Position numbers and translations under genes: made by a program. The notes below the pieces were generated by a model. The model searched no databases and was not told where the DNA came from. It worked only from the letters and a program-made list of their open reading frames with translations. Below are positions 61,530 through 64,000 of a stretch of DNA of 64,000 nucleotides, in pieces (within the stretch, counting starts at the first letter, position 1; every line of letters starts with the position of its first letter). The stretch covers positions 434,001 through 498,000 of the forward strand of contig MU057651.1 in NCBI GenBank assembly GCA_013265495.1. Reading direction: 5' to 3'. Origin of the DNA: Vicugna vicugna. Lineage: Eukaryota.

Positions 61530-64000
61530 ATTTTTTAAAATAACATCTTATTGAGTTTAAATTCACCTTTTTAAAGTGTTCAATCTAGTGGTTTTTAGAA
61601 TAATCACAAAGTTGTGCAAGAATGTATTCATCACCCTCAAAAGAAACTCTTAGCCTGTTAATGGTCACAGCCCCTTTCCCCTCCACCCAGCTCCTGGCAA
61701 CCACTAATCTGTTCTCTGTTTCTGTGTTAGCACATTCTGAACATTTCAAATAAATTTTCCTCTGAGCACTGCTTTAGCTGCATCCCATAACTTTTGCTAT
61801 ATTAGTATTTCATTTTCCTTTTTCTCAAAACTATTTTCTAATTTACTTTGTGATTTCTTCTTTGACCCATTGACTATTTAGAAGTATGTTGTTTAATTTC
61901 CACATATTTGTGAATTTCCCAAATATCTTTGTTATTGCTTTCTAATTTAATTTCACTGTAGTTGAAGAACATACTTTGTTTGATTTCAGTTCTTTTAGGT
62001 TTATTGAGGTTTGTTTTATGGCCTAACATCTGATCTGTCATGCAGAAGGTTACATGGGACCTTGAGGAGAATGTATATTCTGCTGTTGTTGGATTGAGTA
62101 GATTAGATGTGTAATTATTTGTAGTGTCTGTCATTCAAGTCTTGTTTTTCTTGTTGGTCTTCCACCTACTTATTCTATCCATTATTGAAGGTGGGATATT
62201 GGAGTTTTTGACTATTACCATTGAATTGTTTATTCCTCTCTTCAAGTCAATCATTTCTTGCTTCATGTAGTTTGATGCTCTGTTATGAAGGTAGATATAT
62301 GTTTATAACTATGTTATATTTTATCATTATAAAATGTCCTTTGTTGTAAAGTCAATTTTTTATGATATTAGTACAGCCACTCCAGCTCTTTTTTGATTAT
62401 TAACTGCATGGTAAATATTTTTCATCCTTTTATTTTCAACCTATTTGTGTCTTTGAATCAAAATTATGTCTGTTTCAAACAGCATAAAGCTGAATCATGT
62501 ATGTAAAAAAATACATTCTGCCAATCTCTGCCTTTTCATTTGAGAACTTAATCTACTTATATTTAATAATTATTGGTAATGTAGGAATTACGTCTGCCAT
62601 TTGCTATTTTCTATATGTCTTATGTCTTTTTTGTCCCTTCATTCTTGGATTTCTGCCCTTTTTTTGAATAGACATTTTTCTAGTATACCATTTTAATTCC
62701 TTTGTTGCATTTTTACTAATTTTATTTTGAGTTATTTTCTTAGTGGTTGCCCTGGGGATTACAATTAACATCTTAACACAATCTACTTTGGATTGTTATC
62801 AACTTCATTTCACTTTAATATAAAAATTTTGCTATTGTATATCTCTGTTCCTTCTTCCTCTCTGTGCTCTTATCCACATACAAATTACATCTTCATGTAT
62901 AAGTCCATCAATGTATCTTTAATAATTACTAGTCCATGCAGTTGTCTTTTGAATTGGATAACAGAAAAGAATTAGAAAAATAAATTAATAATGTTTTGTG
63001 TAGTGACCTATGTATTTACCTTTACAGCCTTCTTTGTTTCTTATGTGGATTTGAATTACTATCTACTGTCCTTTCACTTCTCCCTGAAGGATTCTCTTTA
63101 GTATTTCTTGTAGGACATGTTTGCTAGCTCTGTCTTTGTTTATTGGGGAATGTCTTGATTTCTCCTCATTCTTGAAGGATTATTTTGTTAGATTCCCTTA
63201 AATGCCTTGATCCAATAAGTCTCACAGCCTTTGCTGAAGGGCTCTGTGTATGTGTTGGAGCCTGATTTCAATGCTCTGACAGGCAGCTGGCCTTAGCCTT
63301 CACTTGCTATTTGCTCAAGGCCTCAAGGACAACCAGAGGTGAGAGATTAGGAACTTCTCAGGTCTTTTCCGAGAATACACCCAGTCCTGAACATGTGCCT
63401 GGCCTTAGAGATTCCTGGGAATGTTGTCAGAGCTTTCCAAAGTCCCCTATGGATATGAATTCTCCAGCTTTTGCCTTTTAAGGTTTTGAGTAGCTTCATT
63501 TACGCCATCTATTTCCCCCACATCAGGCAGCTGTGATTTTAAACAATTGCAGCTGATTAATGCTCCCTGAAAAGGCCGTTCACAGTGTGTACTCTGAATC
63601 AGTTCAAATAAAGAGGAACCCCACAAGTGGGAGTTTCCAGGGAGCTACCAGACGGGTCAAACAGTGACAGTTCTCTGGGAACGGGACATATGAGGAAGCT
63701 CCAAACCCATTCGGCATCCTCCAGTGACTGCTACGTTGCTGTTTTTCAGATACTGTAGTTGTGAGGCTGTTGCTTTTCAAAGATACCCTGGAGCTAGGAA
63801 GAAGGAGAATGGAAATAGAGGAAGTTAAAGCACCACAAAATTTGGTATTCTTAGTGAGATTTAGCCATTTTCCTTGAAAAAACACTTTTTGGATTGTTGC
63901 CAGCCTTTGTTACTTTTCTAAGTTCTGAAAAAGTTGATTTTGACAATTTTTCCAGTGTTACTGCATTTACATAGGAGCAGATTTTCAGAGAGTCTCTCTC
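61530..64000 (-). mobile_element. Fragmented L1M: 3' end (to about 61750), ORF2 5' region (about 61755-63190) and 5'-type sequence running off the window
   Basis: ORF 61874..62134(-) contains L1 endonuclease-like AEYTFSSRSHVTFCMTDQMLGHKTNLNK; ctctgagcactgctttagctgcatccca; frameshifts and stops elsewhere. Confidence 0.8.

Overview
This is mammalian genomic DNA lying inside the X-linked doublecortin gene (DCX), which is transcribed on the + strand. Two Vic-1-like tRNA-derived SINEs suggest a camelid. Three coding exons are present, equivalent to human exons 4, 5 and 6: 39115-39217, 41198-41320/41335 (two alternative donors) and 56342-56436. They have canonical AG/GT boundaries and compatible phases, and encode the end of the second DC domain plus most of the Ser/Pro-rich tail. 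The rest is intron, densely filled with old repeats (MIR, L2, L3, L1M, hAT MERs, MaLR/ERVL) and a few younger insertions with target-site duplications. None of the supplied ORFs is a standalone gene. Main points of interest: (i) a near-consensus REST/NRSF RE1 site at 3356-3376 near an RFX/E-box cluster; (ii) a 75-nt RNA hairpin with ACUAAC in its loop, flanked by RBFOX and YCAY motifs, just downstream of the alternative exon-5 donors; (iii) an STMN2-like cryptic terminal-exon layout (strong acceptor, UG repeats, AATAAA) in intron 5; (iv) a strong poison/decoy acceptor upstream of exon 6. These are motif-level hypotheses, not demonstrated systems. Repeat family names and boundaries were assigned by eye and are approximate.
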